Assembly: GCA_027622665.1 (NCBI GenBank)
Contig: JAQBYT010000018.1
Location: 1 to 64,000, forward strand
Reading direction: 5' to 3'
DNA: 64,000 nucleotides
From: Verrucomicrobiota bacterium
GTDB taxonomy: Bacteria; Verrucomicrobiota; Verrucomicrobiia; Opitutales; Seribacteraceae
Part shown: one piece after another, positions 20,201-35,200 of the stretch
Layout of the letters: the number at the start of each line of letters is the position of its first letter
Numbering within the stretch: the stretch's first letter is position 1
Notes under the pieces: generated by a model
Database searches by the model: none
Told to the model about the DNA's origin: nothing
The model's input: the letters and a program-made list of their open reading frames with translations, nothing else
Translations under genes and position numbers: made by a program

Positions 20201-23200
20201 GTCGACTGTAAGATTCTCTCCGCCATTTGTCTCGCCCCAGTAAATTTTAACTACCGGATCGTCTCCACCTTCATTATTAACTTCGTAGACACGAGTTATA
20301 CCTGTAAATGGATTGGCGGACTTGTGAGGGTGGTTTGCCGCGAGGATGGTGCCGACTAAATCCCACTTGTAAGCTAAATATGCTTCCACTCCTTGTCGGT
20401 TCTTCTCGCTTAGCATGCCTTTGTAAATAATTACCTCCGCCACCTCGCACTCGGACATTTCTCCAGCTCCAGTTCCTTCACCTCCGAACTGTAATTGCCC
20501 GGGAGCAAAGTCGTTGTCGTTGGATCCGTTTGAACCACTTTGCGTTTGTGAACCGTCATGCCAAAACCAGGCTTTCGGATCAGATTTCTTGTCGATTATT
20601 CCGACATTCATATGCCAAAGGGTGTTAGCGGCAGAACCTTGATCAACCCAACCGCCGGGATGCCAGCGTCCGACTCGATCGCCATGAAAACCAAACAACC
20701 AGTTTCTTGTCCGTGATGCGATGACGCGCTCATTATCTCCACCTGTGTAACGGGCAATGGAGAAGATCGTGTAACCCGAATTGGTGAGGAAATCGTAATT
20801 GTCGTTAGACCAGATTTTATCATCACCATCGAAGCTGACAACCGGCTTCCCGTTCAGGCCAAACATCGAGTAGGTCGGATCGCCCGAGGATGAAACCATA
20901 TCGCGCATGAAACCGGAAGAATCCTTCCATGACGTCACCACTGCTCCGTTCCGATAGGTCAAACCGAGGTCATCCTTAGCATCCCCATCCATATCCGATG
21001 CGGAGTACCACCCGACTATTCCCGGTGCAGTACCGGCATTGAAGGTAAGATCTCGAATTTCGTCGATAACAGTAATTACGCCACCAGTGGAAAGTACATT
21101 TGCATTGAGGGTAGCTCTTTCGGGAAAAACATCGGTGGCAGGCGTGGTTACGATTTGGGGCAGTTCGATGGCGTGTAGAGATACGACACCTGTATTAATC
21201 ATGTCTCCATCGTATACCTGAGTCACTTCTTCTTGGGTGAGCCCTCGGTCATAAATACGAAACTCATCCAATAAGCCTTTGAAGTTTCCTAGGCCGTTGA
21301 AAACGGCTGTGCCGATAGTCTTGCCTATGGCAGGAGGATCGGCGTGGGCAGGCAGGATGGCGGAGCCGAAAAGTTGAGAACTACCGCTTATTGCTCCATC
21401 CACGTATAGCTTGAATGCCTTGGGAGAATCACCGAACGTGACTGCCGCGTGGTGCCATCGGTCGTCGGCGAGGTCGATCACGTGAGTTTGCTCTAAGCTA
21501 TTTCCGGCACCGTTTATTTTTGCTGAGAGAATGCCGCTGTCGAATTTCACTCCGAGACCGTTAGTGGAATCGCCTTCATCATAAATAGTTTGTGAGACAA
21601 AAGCAGCTTGAGGGACATTCAAATCCGATAAACCGGCGTTATAGATCGATGCGATTTCGCTATCAGACAATACGATGTCGTATATGCGAAGGTCGTCGGT
21701 TTCACCAGTAAGATAATCATTGAATATGGTTCCACCACCGCCACCTCCCAACCGCCAATAATTAATGGCAGGAATATCAAGAGGAGTTGCACCGAAAGGT
21801 ATGTCTGCTTCACCGCTCTTGTTGCCATCTACGTAAATCCGAACCTTGTCTTCCGAGGGGCTGAAAACGCCTACGACATGTCGCCAAGCACCGGAAGGTG
21901 CCAATGTGGTGGCAACTGCGGAAACGGTTCCGGTGCTTGTCAAATGAGTCATGTTGAGGACATTTCCCGGGGCAAGGGAAAGTCCCTCTCCGTTACGCTG
22001 AAATATATTTTTGTGAAGTGAAGTTGGAGTAACGATACCCCCCCATGGACTTGCGGAATCGAGAATCCAGAAACCATCTTGATTCGGGTCTGCAGGGTTA
22101 ATCTTGGTCCATGCCAAGGAAGGTGTGCGTATCCAAGGTTCAATCCTGGAACCTCCGCCACCCTCGCCATGAGCAATGGCTATGATGTGCTTGTCGCCCG
22201 CTACGAGGGTAACGGGATCTCTTGTGAAGTCGTTATTTCCACCCAGTTTGTCGGTGACGTCGAACTGGTTGTTTTTATCTAAGTCGAGCCAAATAGTGGC
22301 ATAGTCGTCTTTCCTCGTACACCGGAAACCGTAGTCGCCGTCTTCGGGCACCACGAACGTGCTAAGTGCAAGGAACATATATTGGTCGTTCTGAGTAATT
22401 CCGATTCCGGCGTTTATGAACTGGTTGTCGTTATCCAGATGAAGGTCTTCCGACGTCCATACTTTCTGTCCATTGTAGGCAAGGCCAATCAAGGTGTTGA
22501 TATCGTTGTAGTAGTTGTTGTTCGGCGACTGGTTGAAGCCTCTTACGAGAAAAGCGTTCTTTGTGGAAGTATCAACTTCTACTGCTGGTTTAAGCCATAG
22601 GGAGATCGAGTATGCGCCTTTGTGTACCTCATTAAAAAGAGAGGCGTCTATCGATAGGGCATCGTCGACTCCATCGTGGATCAAACCGCCGCCGAACTTT
22701 TCGGTTCCCCAAGAGGCTGAACCTAAGACTGTGCCTTCGGTTTTCGCGGAGGTTGCATCTGCCGCAATAGTGCCCGAACCTTCGTTTAAAGCCCAATAAC
22801 CAACTAGGTTTTTGTAACGGGTGACGGCTGGCCCAATATAAAACTGGGATGGTGCTTTGAATCGAAAAGTGATTGACCGACCTTCAAAGGCATCCTTGAG
22901 GAAGAACGCATCGGAGTTGAGGTTGAGATCAACCCAGTCGTCGGTACCATCAAAGAGTAATGCCTTGTTTACAAACCCGGTCGACCTCGAGGCGTTCGAA
23001 TCAAAGTTTATCAAAGTAACGTTTCTATTTTTCGAGGTTGAGTCGAGAGCCAGCATGCCCGATTCCTCGTCGAATCGCCAATAGGCGGCCAAATTGTTCC
23101 TAATTGAAGGGTCTCCGCTGGACCAATCATTACCGTCCGAACTGGAGGCATAGGCGCGGAAGTAGTAGAGCTTGCCTGGAGTCATCCCTGCAATGGTGGC

Positions 23201-26200
23201 GTTGAACTCGCCCAATCCCAGAGCATTTCCCGCAGACACGTTCTCGACGTTGTCCCACTTCAAGTTGTCTCCGGTATCAATTCCCGTAGTGGGACCGGCA
23301 TCCTCGTCACCCCAATAGATTTTGACCGAAGGTTTTGTCAGGTCATAGGAAAGAATTTCTCCGGTAACAGTTGCCGTGCCACCCGATGTCGGATTAACCG
23401 TGATCACTTCCACCACCGGAGGGACGGTGACGTTAGAAGTCTTGAACCGCATGGTGCCGTTCAGGAAGATGGCAGCCAAGTCGCTGGACGATAAATCCGT
23501 TTCATATAGTCGAACCTCGTCTATAATGCCGTTGAAGTGGTCGTTGAAGACAGAATCGGATCCTATTCTGAGGTCTTCCTTTGACCCTGTATTTACCGCT
23601 CGGGACGAGGATGCGGTAATCGGGTCCGGAGACCCATCTGCGTACAGAACCGCATCGGTGACATCCGATCCAATTGCAGGGAACATCAAAGCAACATGGT
23701 GCCAGTTTCCATCGTTTACAGTGGCAGTGCCCTCAATGGAACCATTCTTAACGTCCAGCCTGAGTTTGCCGTCCTTAATTACGAAGTTCCATAGCGCACC
23801 GTTGGCATTTTCCCCCCATGATGCAATTGTGCCGGAGGTATTCGTTGTCTTAATCCATGCAGTAATCGTGCGGGCATTTGTTCCTGCGATACCTTTGTAA
23901 CCCGTCACCGTAACGTGTTCGCCTGCTCCACCGAAGCGAAGGGCTTTTCCCACTTGACCGAATACCCGGTCTCCGGAGGTCATGCCCACTAAGGTGCCGG
24001 ACGAGTTTCCAACGTAATCCAAGACCGAGATTCCGGATGATTCGTCGAAACGCCACCATGCAGCCAAGTCGGATTGCTTTGGAATGCTCCAAACCACCGG
24101 GTTGACGCTATTTCCTGCAACTACTCTGTAGTAATAGGTTTGATTCCGGTCCAGTCCCGTAAGGAATGTGCCGGCAGTTCCATCGCTAAAACTGCCATTT
24201 AGGTCTATTCGATGATCCCAGCCTATGTCGTCAGTGGCATTTAATTCGAGATTTTCTCCTCCGTCGTTGTCGCCCCAAAAGAATTGCAGGGTAGGGGGCT
24301 GCCCCCCATCGTTAATCACTCTTGCGGCAAGTCGGGCAGAAGTGGCGGTGACTTCTGCAGGTGCGATTGCGGCTACTTCAGGCGCAGTCGGATCAACGAT
24401 GAAGGTGATCGGTTTGGAACCCTTGCCCGCTACATTGGTCGCGGTCATATTTAAGTCGAAAGAACCTACTTCGAGAGGTCGACCGAGGATTTTTCCAGTG
24501 CCAGACTCAATGGACAATCCTGCAGGCAAGATACCTTCAACTCCATAGGATCTTGGGCTGTTGTCAGCTGTTATCCGATACTGGACATGTACGGGAACCT
24601 TAGTGAAGTCGCCCTTGAAAATGGCGTCGACCTCGCTTTGATTTAGAAAAGTATTGTAGAACCGGACTTCGTCCAAGAACACTCCTGCATGGGCCCCAAT
24701 GTTCGGAGCACCGGCCACACCCGAATTATCTCTCGCCCCAAAGACTAGGGCGGACCCAGTGGGATTAACTGCGCCATTCCTGTTTTCTTGCCCTTCCAGC
24801 ACCCCGTCAACGTAGATGGAGCGCTTGCCATCGCCAAACGTCCCTACGAGATGATGCCAGTTACCATCGTTAATATTCTTAGTCACTGACCAGTCATCGT
24901 TACCGGGGCCGCGCATAGTTAGGCTAATTTGATCTCCCGACCCGCCTCGCCTGCGTAATTGCCAGCCTTGTCCCTCTTCGCCTCTTTTGGATATGTAGGG
25001 CTCAAATCCTCCGTTCGGCCATCCTTTGACCCACAAAGTAACGCTGAAGGAATTGCCTCCATCAAAGGTCGATTCGGATGCTCCGTCACTTACTAGTATG
25101 TGATGATTCCCGCCGAGGTTTACTGACATTCCTTGGCCGTCCCAAGTGTTGACGCTGAAGATCGAGCTAGCAGAGGCGACTCCGTGGAATTCGTTGCCGG
25201 AACTATCGTTGGCTGTGCCATTGTCGAAATGCCAATGCCCCAAGAGGTTTTCGGGTTTTGTGCTTCCCTTCTTTTTCATTTCAACTGTCCCAGTTCCTCG
25301 ATATCCCAAGTATACTGTACTTGGACCCGATACAGTGGGTGGGCGTACTTCCACGATGGAACCGGAACCAACGGAAATAACTCCTCGTTCAATAGTTTCG
25401 GAGCTAGCCAAAACAATTCGACCGCCACCTGCCGCACGATTTCCACCGATGGCTTGAATCAGACCCTTGTTGTAAATGTTTTTAGCCACAAGTCGGATGG
25501 CGCCACCTGATCCACCTCCACCGTGATCCCACTGGTAACCATCGGTTCTCCCATTGCCTCCGTTTGCACTTAAAAGTACGCCTGAGGAAATGGTCAAGTC
25601 GCCACCTGCCTTCAATTCCAAGGCGCCGCCGCCTGCTCCCGAACCTTGGAAATAGCGACCACTGGAACCACTGCTACCGGGAATTAGTTGCGATAGTTGA
25701 TCGTCACCATAATTGAAGGAAGCACCCGTGCCCCAGTTCCCCGCAGGGAGGGGACCTCCGGGTCCAAAACCGGTTTGTCTTTCGGAGCTCCTCCCTCTCC
25801 ATGGATTCAGCACCGGCCTACCTCCATAGCCATCAACGGCTGAGGCGTCTCCACCATCGAGTCTAAGGTCTACGCCAATATAAATCTCTCCGGTGCCTAC
25901 TGTTTGAATGGATAAAGCTCTCTTTCCCTTGAGTACGACCTTTGCGGACCCGGTGATTCGCAATTGACCAAAGGTAAACGAACACACCCCATACTCCCAT
26001 ATGGTCTCATCTGAATCAAAGTAAGTGTGAGTAGAAAGAATACCTTCTCCATGAGGACCATTTTCAACTGAGAAATAACCGGTGGTCGTATCGAACGTGA
26101 CCGTTCCCGAATCAACGACAATATTCGAATTAAGGTAGTTGCGAGATACGAAAATCGTGCCCTCGTTGGAAAGCCATTCACCACTTACGTCAATCTCACC

Positions 26201-29200
26201 TACTTGAGCCACGCCAGAAGAGATGAAAGCGACTCTTCCTCCTGCTGAACCTCTGTTCTGATTGTTGCCGGAAACCTTCACTCCGGATCCGGGCTTGGCT
26301 TCTATTCGACCGTGATTAAAAATCCGAGAACCTTCGAGCCTTACTGCTCCGCCTGAACCCGATGCTGCCGATCCTTCACCGTTACCACCATTTGCGGAGA
26401 TAGTGACGTTAGGTTTAATCACAACTTCCCCCGAAGCCTTCAGCCATAAAGCCCCACCACCTGCTCCGGAACCCCCAGTAGCCGAAGCTCCGCCGGAACT
26501 GCCACCCAGAAGAGAGTCCAGAGCGCGATCGCCATAAATCCGAGCATCACCGGAGCCATGACCGCCATGAGCCGCCCCGTGGCCCTCTGCGGTGGTTTGA
26601 GTTGAAGCTCCGGGGCCGCGCCCTGTTCCAAAGCCAGTATCATCGCCGCTAAAGCCTCCCAAACGTCCAAACCCACCTTTTTCATTAGCGGCGGCACTTC
26701 CATCGGCCTTGATGTTAGTGCCTATTACAATTTTGCCCGCGGTCGCCTCAAGTATAAGTGCATTTCGACCTTTCAAAGTTACAATCACTCCTCCGCCCAG
26801 CTCAATGTTTGTGAAAGGGAAACGACAAGTCGAATAAGACCATGCTATGCCGTCTTCTCCAATATGGATGTTGTCTTCAATTATGCCAAAAGCAACTTCA
26901 CCACTGGAATGGGTAAGTACCCCCATCTCAGTGTCGATTTCAATACCGCCTGTGAAAAATTCGAGATTTTCCAGATTGGAGGGGCGAGTGAATCTAGCGC
27001 CACCGTCTGTGCCCGAAGGTGCTCCCGCACCGCCTTGAAGCAGGATGTTGTCGGTTCCTTGGTTCTCAAAGTGGTCGGATCCCTCGAGATAAATTCTGCC
27101 TCCGCCTCCGCCTCCGCTACCACCGGAAACGTCAATTGTTCCCTTAGCTGTTATTGAAAAGCTATTTCCTTTCAGAAAGATTGCACCTCCCGAACCGCCA
27201 CCGGAACCTAACAATCCATTTCCACCCCTTGATGATATCGAAGCATCGACGATCAGCTGTTTGGAGGCGATTACCTTTAAAGCGCCACCACCGCCGCCAC
27301 CAGTCGATGTAGCTAGTCCGCCACCACCGGATCCACCCAACAGATCGACCAAGCTTCCCTTTCCGTATGGCTGGCCCGAAGTAGATGTAGCACCGCCTCC
27401 GGTTCCTCCATAACCGCCGCCGCCCTCAAATCCGCCGCCCGGACCAATACCTCTAGAGGACAAATCACCACCGGCAAAACCTCCTGCAGTAGCAGTTCCT
27501 CGATCCACTTTGCCGCCTGAACCACCGGAAAGGTTTATCGTAGCTCCGAGAAATGCATCGCCATTCGTACTCACGATTTCCAAGGTGGCATTACCGCGTA
27601 CTTCGATCTCGAGACCACCCATCAACTTGACATCATCAAAAGTAAAACGGCACACATCGTAATTAAAAGAGTTGCCCAGAGAATCGATAAAGGTTGCAGG
27701 GGAAATTTCTCCCATACGGAAATCTCCTCCATCGTGCTTCCACGTTCCATTAGAAGTATCGATTACGAGCTTGCCACTATCATAGAAGACTTTGTTTTCT
27801 GCTTTAAAACTGATGGTGTCATCAGCCCAGTCTTGGCCTCCGTCGTTAGACCCGAATACACGGTAGTAGTAAGTCTGCCCTTTTGACAAACCTTCGACGT
27901 CTATGGAGAAGTCGCCCGTTTCCCTTACCCAAAACTCGACTTCTCCCCAGATGTGACCCCACCCTTGAAATACGGGTTCCAACTTAATGGCTCTGGTAAG
28001 AATACCATCCATGGGGATCTCCATCCAGGTTCCCACGTTACGAGTGCCGACCTTACCGTTTTCTGTCTTAACGGGAGCAAAGTTAAGGTATTCGTCTGCA
28101 GCGTGAATGGTAACCTCTTTTAGCTCGTCACCTCGGTCTCGTGGCATGAAATAAATGCGAATCTTTTCCAATATACGCTCCTTGCCTAGATTGAAAGTCA
28201 AAGTGGTATTTGTCTTGTACCATGCAGTCCAAGTCGAGCGCCAACCATCTGCCGGCAACTGGTCGTCCAGTAGCTTCTGCGCGGGGTACGTGGAAGCCGA
28301 TTCAGTTGGGATGGGGTCGGCGATAACGGTTATTCCGCTGGTCATTTTCTTAAGACCTAAAACAGCAACTCCCGCATCCACGTCGTTATCCCAGTCCGAA
28401 GGATTTGTTCCTCCATCGTTTGCACCCCAGTAAACTTTTACGTTGGCTGCCGGGTTAACGCGCCTGGGTGCCTCTGATTTGTAATTGTGAGCACTTGGCA
28501 GATTGTCTTCCGTTCCCCACTTGTGGGCGAGATATGCCTCGATCTTCAGCATATCTTCATCTGACAGGGGTTCGGAATATACGAGTAACTCAGCCAAATT
28601 GCCGTTCCAGAAACGATTGGCGATATCCCTGTCGTTGGAAAAGTTGCTTGCTTCCACCGGTCCGATGGATCGAACCGCTACAACGCATACCTCACCCGTT
28701 GGGAAGTCGGTGATCAAGCCGTCCCGTTGATTGCCGTTTACACGTAAGGAACCATTGTAAAGGTTGGCGCTGGCATTCGCGATTGACCAGACCCGTCCAT
28801 TCGCCGAATGGAAATCATATCTGATAGAGTCTCCCAATAGGAAGGCTTGGTTATTTGCATCGTTTCGTGTGATAGCCAAAAATACGGTTCGTATATCCGA
28901 CATTCTCGGAAAGGAAAGAAAGTCGTCGGTCCCATCAAATCTTACGGAAGCTTTTGAATTAATACTAACCGGCTTGTATAAGGGTTGCTTGCCTACACCC
29001 CCTTGGATTGCGTTGTTTTCCAAACCGGATTTATCTGTCCAAATACTTACAGGGCTATTCCCCGAAAAAGAGTCCGCAATGTCATTTCCGTCAAGATCCG
29101 TGGCGTCTAACCAAAGTTTGAGCCCCCCATATGCCAAAGGCGTAAAAGGACCAAGAACTATGCCCGTACCGTAATCGGCTAGATTGCCATTAAGGGTTGC

Positions 29201-32200
29201 CGAGTCATTCGTTACGCTACTGGGTGGACGGTTAACCACAGTCGGTATTCTCGTTTTCGGGGGCGTGAACTGTTGAGTTGTACCGTTAATGACAGATTCC
29301 CCAAAGCTTGGTGGTTCAGATGCCCATGGGTGATTGGCGGGAAGCGACGTACCCCATTTGTGCGCCAGATAGCCTTCCATTTTCAAGCGATCCTCATCGC
29401 TCAGAAGACCGTGAAACATTATGAACTCCGCTACCTGTCCCTTGGATGATTCTTGCGTGACACTATTCATGGCGCCAAACGATAGCCTTTGCGGCATGAA
29501 CCAATCGTTGTTTGAACCAGTTTTTGAGGAGTTTGCGTAGCTTCCCTCTATGCCATTGTTCCATACTTCGCAGGATGGATCTGCTGCTTGATTCTTCCCT
29601 TGGTGGCGGGCTTCAAATAAATGGAAATTAGTGTCTGCAGTCGTACCTTGATCAATCCACCCGTCGAAGTGATAGCGGCCAATTGTATTACCGTGATGGC
29701 CAAATAACCAGTTGCCTCCATTGGAAGTGATCAAGCGTTCATTATCTCCCCCCGAGTAACGAGATATGCCGAATGCGGTGTAGCCGCCGGCTCTCCAATC
29801 TGCCGCGTTGTTTGTGCGGAAGTCGTAGGAGGTGTACATGCGGTCGTTGCCGTCATAATCGATTACCGGCTTGTTGTTCAATATTGAGAGTGCCACTTTG
29901 GGGTCGCCATCCACTTCCGACATGTGCCGAGCGTAGGATGATTTATCGAGCCAAAATGAGATTGTAGAACCTACAGAGAAACCGTCCGGAAGGTTATTGG
30001 CATCGATGTCGGTGGCATCCAGCCAAATGCCGGCGTCGCCGGGTAGATCACTAAGAAGAGGTTGAGTTCGAACGAACGAGTTGGCTCCTGTCCACGCTTC
30101 GCCAGCTGAGTTTCTCGCCATCATGCGGAGGAAATAGGTCGAACCCGGAGTCAAGTCGCCGAAGGTAACTGTGTAAACACCCAGACCCTTATTCCCTAAC
30201 TCAAGTCGGCGAGACCAGTTGTATAACTCGTGCTTCATATCCAAGATATCCGCGACGAGGAAAACCTCGGGGTCTTCGCCGCCTGACTTGGTGATTTCAT
30301 ATACGACTTGAGTCGTGGTGGACGTAGTGGTCGTTAAATTGTTAATCGAGATCTGGGGGAGAACCGGCTGGATGGAAAAGGAATGTTTTTCAGATGGATT
30401 TTGCCCGCTGGGATAGAGTGCGGTCACGATAGCTTCGTACTCTCCTGAACGAGAAGGCGTGCCTGAGATAAGACCGTTGGAAGAATCCAAGATCAGCCCG
30501 CTGGGAAGTCCGGTTGCAGTGAAGGCTAGGGGAGGGTTGGTGGCATTTACGTCGTGGGAGAAGGCTTGATCCGCCTCAATTGTGAAGATCAATGGGGTGT
30601 TGATGGAGTTCGGACCGATTACACTTCCGTACGTAGGGAAGGCTTGGCTAGACTTCTGGTTGTGGTAAGAAGCTTTTATCCATGCGTCTGAACGAGCAAC
30701 ACCTGAAAGTCTTAGCTCATCATAAGCGGATTCCACCATGCCTTGCCCGATCACCCAACTTAAACCTGGATTTATTGTTGCCGCCGGTTCAGGACTGAAG
30801 TCAGTTTGTCCCGTCAAATTGCCGTCTAGATAGATTTTCGCTTTACCGTTTGTGACGTCGACCACGGTGGACAGGTGCCTCCAGGTTCCTTTTGCCACTG
30901 GAATGGTCGAGACGCTTGTTACGGATGAAGATTCCAAGGTGTGATGCAGCGAGGGTTTGGCTTGAGAGCCGAAATAAAAACTTTTCCCAGACCCATAGCT
31001 ATAAATGTTCATGGAACTGAGGTCATCGGCTACAGTTCCATCGAGAGGTACCTTATACCAACCATTTTGAACCGGATCCGATGGATTTATTATCACCCAG
31101 TTAACGGAAGGGGTCTTGATCCAAGGTTCGATTCGAGACCCGCCTCCGCCTTCCCCATGGGCAAATGCGACTAGATACTCTTCTCCCGCGATTAACTCAT
31201 TTGGAGAAACGGGATCTTTTGTGAAGTCGTCGTTGCCGCCGATTTTCTCGTTGCCGTCGAACTTATTGTTTTGATCCAGATCCATCCACATTACGGCTCG
31301 ATCATCCTTTCTCAGCATGCGAAAGCCGTAGTTGCCAGTTTCGGGTACAACGAAGGTCGAGATGAAACATGACATGTACCAGTCGTTGGACGTGATCCCG
31401 ATGTTCGCGTTCATGAACTCATTGTCATTGTCCAAATGAATATCTTCGTTTGTCCATATTCTTTGCCCCGAAAATTGCTTGTTGGCAAATAGCCCTTGGG
31501 CAATGTTGTTGAAGTAGGGTTCGTTGCCGTTTGATGGAATCCACGAGTCCCAGCCTCGGGCGAGAAAGGCATTGGGAATATCGTTTGGCAATTCGTCTTC
31601 TAGCCTGATCCAAGTGGAGAAACTATAATCACTCCCCTCCAGCAACTGTAGCGAAGAGCTGTACGGAACCGAAATGAAAGTATCCGAGCCTCCCCCAATT
31701 GTACGTCCGGTTCCAATAACACTAGAAGGTCGGTCGAGCCCGTCATGATCATCGGCATGGTTGCGGGTTATTGAAGAATCGGTGAGAACTCCCGCGGAGT
31801 TCATTTCTCCTAGGTGCCAAACACCTCTGTATCCTGAGGACCAAGTAGAACCGTCGTAAGCGTAAGTCGGAGCTTGTACCGCATTGAGGGAGTGCCCCCA
31901 GTAAGCAGTCACGTTCAAGTCACTGTTCAATTCGACTAATCGAACCCAAACCAGAAGTTCTCCCGAGGCTTCGTTCCACTCGTCGATTTCATAGGCAAGT
32001 TCGTTGGCGTTGTCGTCATAGAAGCGAAGGTCGTTGCCTGAAGCGGATTGAAAGGATCGTAGGCTGAAGTTCGGGATATCCTTACCTAAGCGAATCAGAG
32101 CAGGAAAATCCTTTAAGGTTTCATTGCCGTCGTATCCCTCGAAGGTCATTGCGGTCTTGTGAGTAAACTCATTCACGTCAACGATCACCAAACTTACGAT

Positions 32201-35200
32201 TCCTTGATCGGAACCTTTTGAATTGCTCGCCGTTACGGTGATATTTGTAGAACTGCCCTGAATAGGATTACCGGTAATCTCTCCCGTACTGATATTGATG
32301 CTCAGTCCGAAGGGCAAACCCGCCGCTGCAAATTCAGTTGCACTCGGAAAAGTCTGAAGAGCGTATGCAACGGAACGGTTTGCGTCGTTGGCAAAGCCTC
32401 TGACGACCTGGCCGGGAATAAGGGTAGGGGGGCCTTCCACTGTTCCAATGGAAACGAAATTTGCTCCTGGTATTTGGCTCGAGTAGGCTGCCTTGATAGA
32501 TGCCGCCGATGCCAAATCTAAAGAAATCCTGACTTCGTCGAGCCATCCGTTCCAGTAACTTCCACCAGTTCGAGCCGAACCTATTCGAAAATTATCGACT
32601 GGCCCGCCAAAGGGTCGAGTTCGTGAGTATCCGGACATCCATTCTTCACCGTTCTTGTATATGTACATGGCTCCGATGGAGCTTTCTTTTTGAAATGTCC
32701 AGTGTACCCACTTACCCCTGTAATCGACATCGTTTTTTTCTATTCTGTCGACACTTCCTGATCCTGCGTCCCAATAAATTCGACCATTGCTCCAAGGGTG
32801 GTGAATGTTTAGATGTCTGCCCAAGGATGAACCGGACTCCAATATGGAAGTGTCCTTTGGTAAACTCGGCCCGCCATATGCCCAAAAGGAAATGGTGAGT
32901 TGCTTGGCATCTCCAGGGGGATGCGATTCGAGGGGTAGATTGACGTAATCATTGATTCCGTCGAACGAGAGGGCTTTTCCAATTACTCCCGGCACGCGTG
33001 GGATTTCTTTGAAGTTAATTGCAGTGCCGTGAAGACTTCCACTAGATTCACGGATAACTGTAGGGTCATCGCCTTCCATGTGCCAAACGGCATGGTAACG
33101 GTTCCAGATGGAACCGTCTAAGCAATAGTCGGGTTGCGTTGTCGCGTTCGGGTTGCCCCATTTTGCGGTGATTGTCGTTCCCGCTTTCAATTCGGGAACG
33201 AGCACCCAGTAGGAGGAAACGCCGGTTGGATTCCACTTGACCGGTTCGTATTTTAATTCTTCGGCTCCATCGGGTCCTACGAATCTGAGGTCAAAGCCTG
33301 CAGAGGAACTGAATTGTTCGTACGAAAAGCTGTTAATATTGTCGTCGATTTCGATATAAACCGGGAAGTCCGTTAATGTGTCATTGGCATCGTATCCGGG
33401 AATAGTAATTGGTGCAGAGTATTCCCATCGGGTGTAGTCCTTAACATGGAGAGTTAGGGCACTTGGACGACTACCGGCCGCATTGCTGGCGAGAATGGTT
33501 ACACCGTAGGTTCCCTCAGTTGTCGGTGTGCCGGATATGAGTCCTGATACAGGATTGATTGCTAGTCCTGATGGTAAACCTGAGGCAAGATAGGAATCAG
33601 CGGACCTGTCTGTAATGGTTTGGAGAGAAAACGGATTATTCTGGAGCAACGATATTTCCGATTTATTGAGAATGCCCGGTCGATTTTCAAAAGAGGGTGG
33701 GGCGTCCTTGTGCGGATGGGTACCGCTCAGCTGTTCTGAAAGCCCCCACTTATGGCTGAGATAGCCCTCAACCATGGCGACCTCCCCATCGCTTAAATCA
33801 GAGCGAAAGAAAAGTATTTCACCGATTTCCACGCCTGCGTAGCTTCCGATGCCGTCCTGGTCGCGAGCCCCGATCACGACGTCATCGTCGGTAGCCGGAA
33901 CGGGTCCTCGGTCATCGTTGCTATATTCTTGGTTGCCGTCTGCCCATTGCGTACGCTTGAAACCATCCCTGCGAGCAGCCCAAACATGGGTTTCGTCGTT
34001 TATTTTGGTTCCGCCGTAAGGACCGTCGGGACCCGTGGTGCCGCGAATCGTGAAGGTTGCGTAGTCGTTGTTCGGCTTGCGGAACTGCCAACCCACGCCG
34101 TCTTCCCCCCTTTTCGAAATGATCGGTCGCCAGTTGGCGATGGTATCGCCCTTTGTCACCAGAAACAAGGTGGCCTTTTCTCCGAAGTTAAAGGGTTCGG
34201 AGTTCGCAACGCGCAAGTATTGGTCAATCCCGTTGAACTTTGCAATCGTCTTGCCGTTCCAGCGACCAGGGGCGATCTCCGGGCCATTCCCGTTCCCCGC
34301 GTGGTGCCCCTGACCTGATTTGTCACGCCAGAAGTTTAGACTCCCGCCGAAAGGTTCGTTGGAGGCGTTCCCGTCCCCGTCCACGTCGGATGCGTCCAAC
34401 CAGAGGATGAGTTCTTGGCCGGGAAGTGAGTTGGTGGTGAATTCGAAGGATCCCGCGTTGAATTTCGTCGCTTGGGGTGACCAAACCTCACCTGCCACAT
34501 TCTGGGCGTGGATTCGGTAGTAATAAGTCTCTCCTCCCGTCAATCCGGTTACCGGGATGTCGATTGTTCCCAAATCTCGTATGCCGAGATTGACCACATT
34601 ATCCCATTTACTGTTGTCGGAAGCGTTAACATCGGTATTGAAACCTGCGTCTTCGTCACCCCAGAAAACTTGTACGAGCGGGGCATCCCCTCCGAGAGTT
34701 AAGGTTGTTTCTAAATCACCGGCGAAAATAGTGGCGACTTCTTGATCGGTAAGGTCGCGATCGTAGACTCGCATATCGTCCATCATGCCGTCGAAATAAG
34801 CGTCGTTCCAATTGCTTTTCCCGATGTATTGCTTAGTGCGTTGTTGATTGTTGGGAACGTGGCCTTTGTAGCTTCCTTTCAATTCACCATCTCTGTAAAG
34901 CTTCATCACCCCTTGGGCATTGACGGTGGCTACGACGTGTTGCCACTCGTTGAGAGTCCAGAAGTCTTGCACCGTCAATTGCATGGCTACGTTGTTGCGG
35001 CGAATGTTCCATACGCCACTATTTGTGGTGCCTTCATTCGCTACGATCAGATTATGACTGTCCGGATTGTTTCCGAAATCGACTATCCGCTGCCAGTTAC
35101 CAAGGTTTCGCTTATAGACCCATCCTGCGAAACTAACGATGCCACTAATGCGAAAATCCGGGGATTTAATGTATGCGAGCGTGCCACCATCGAAGTCGAG

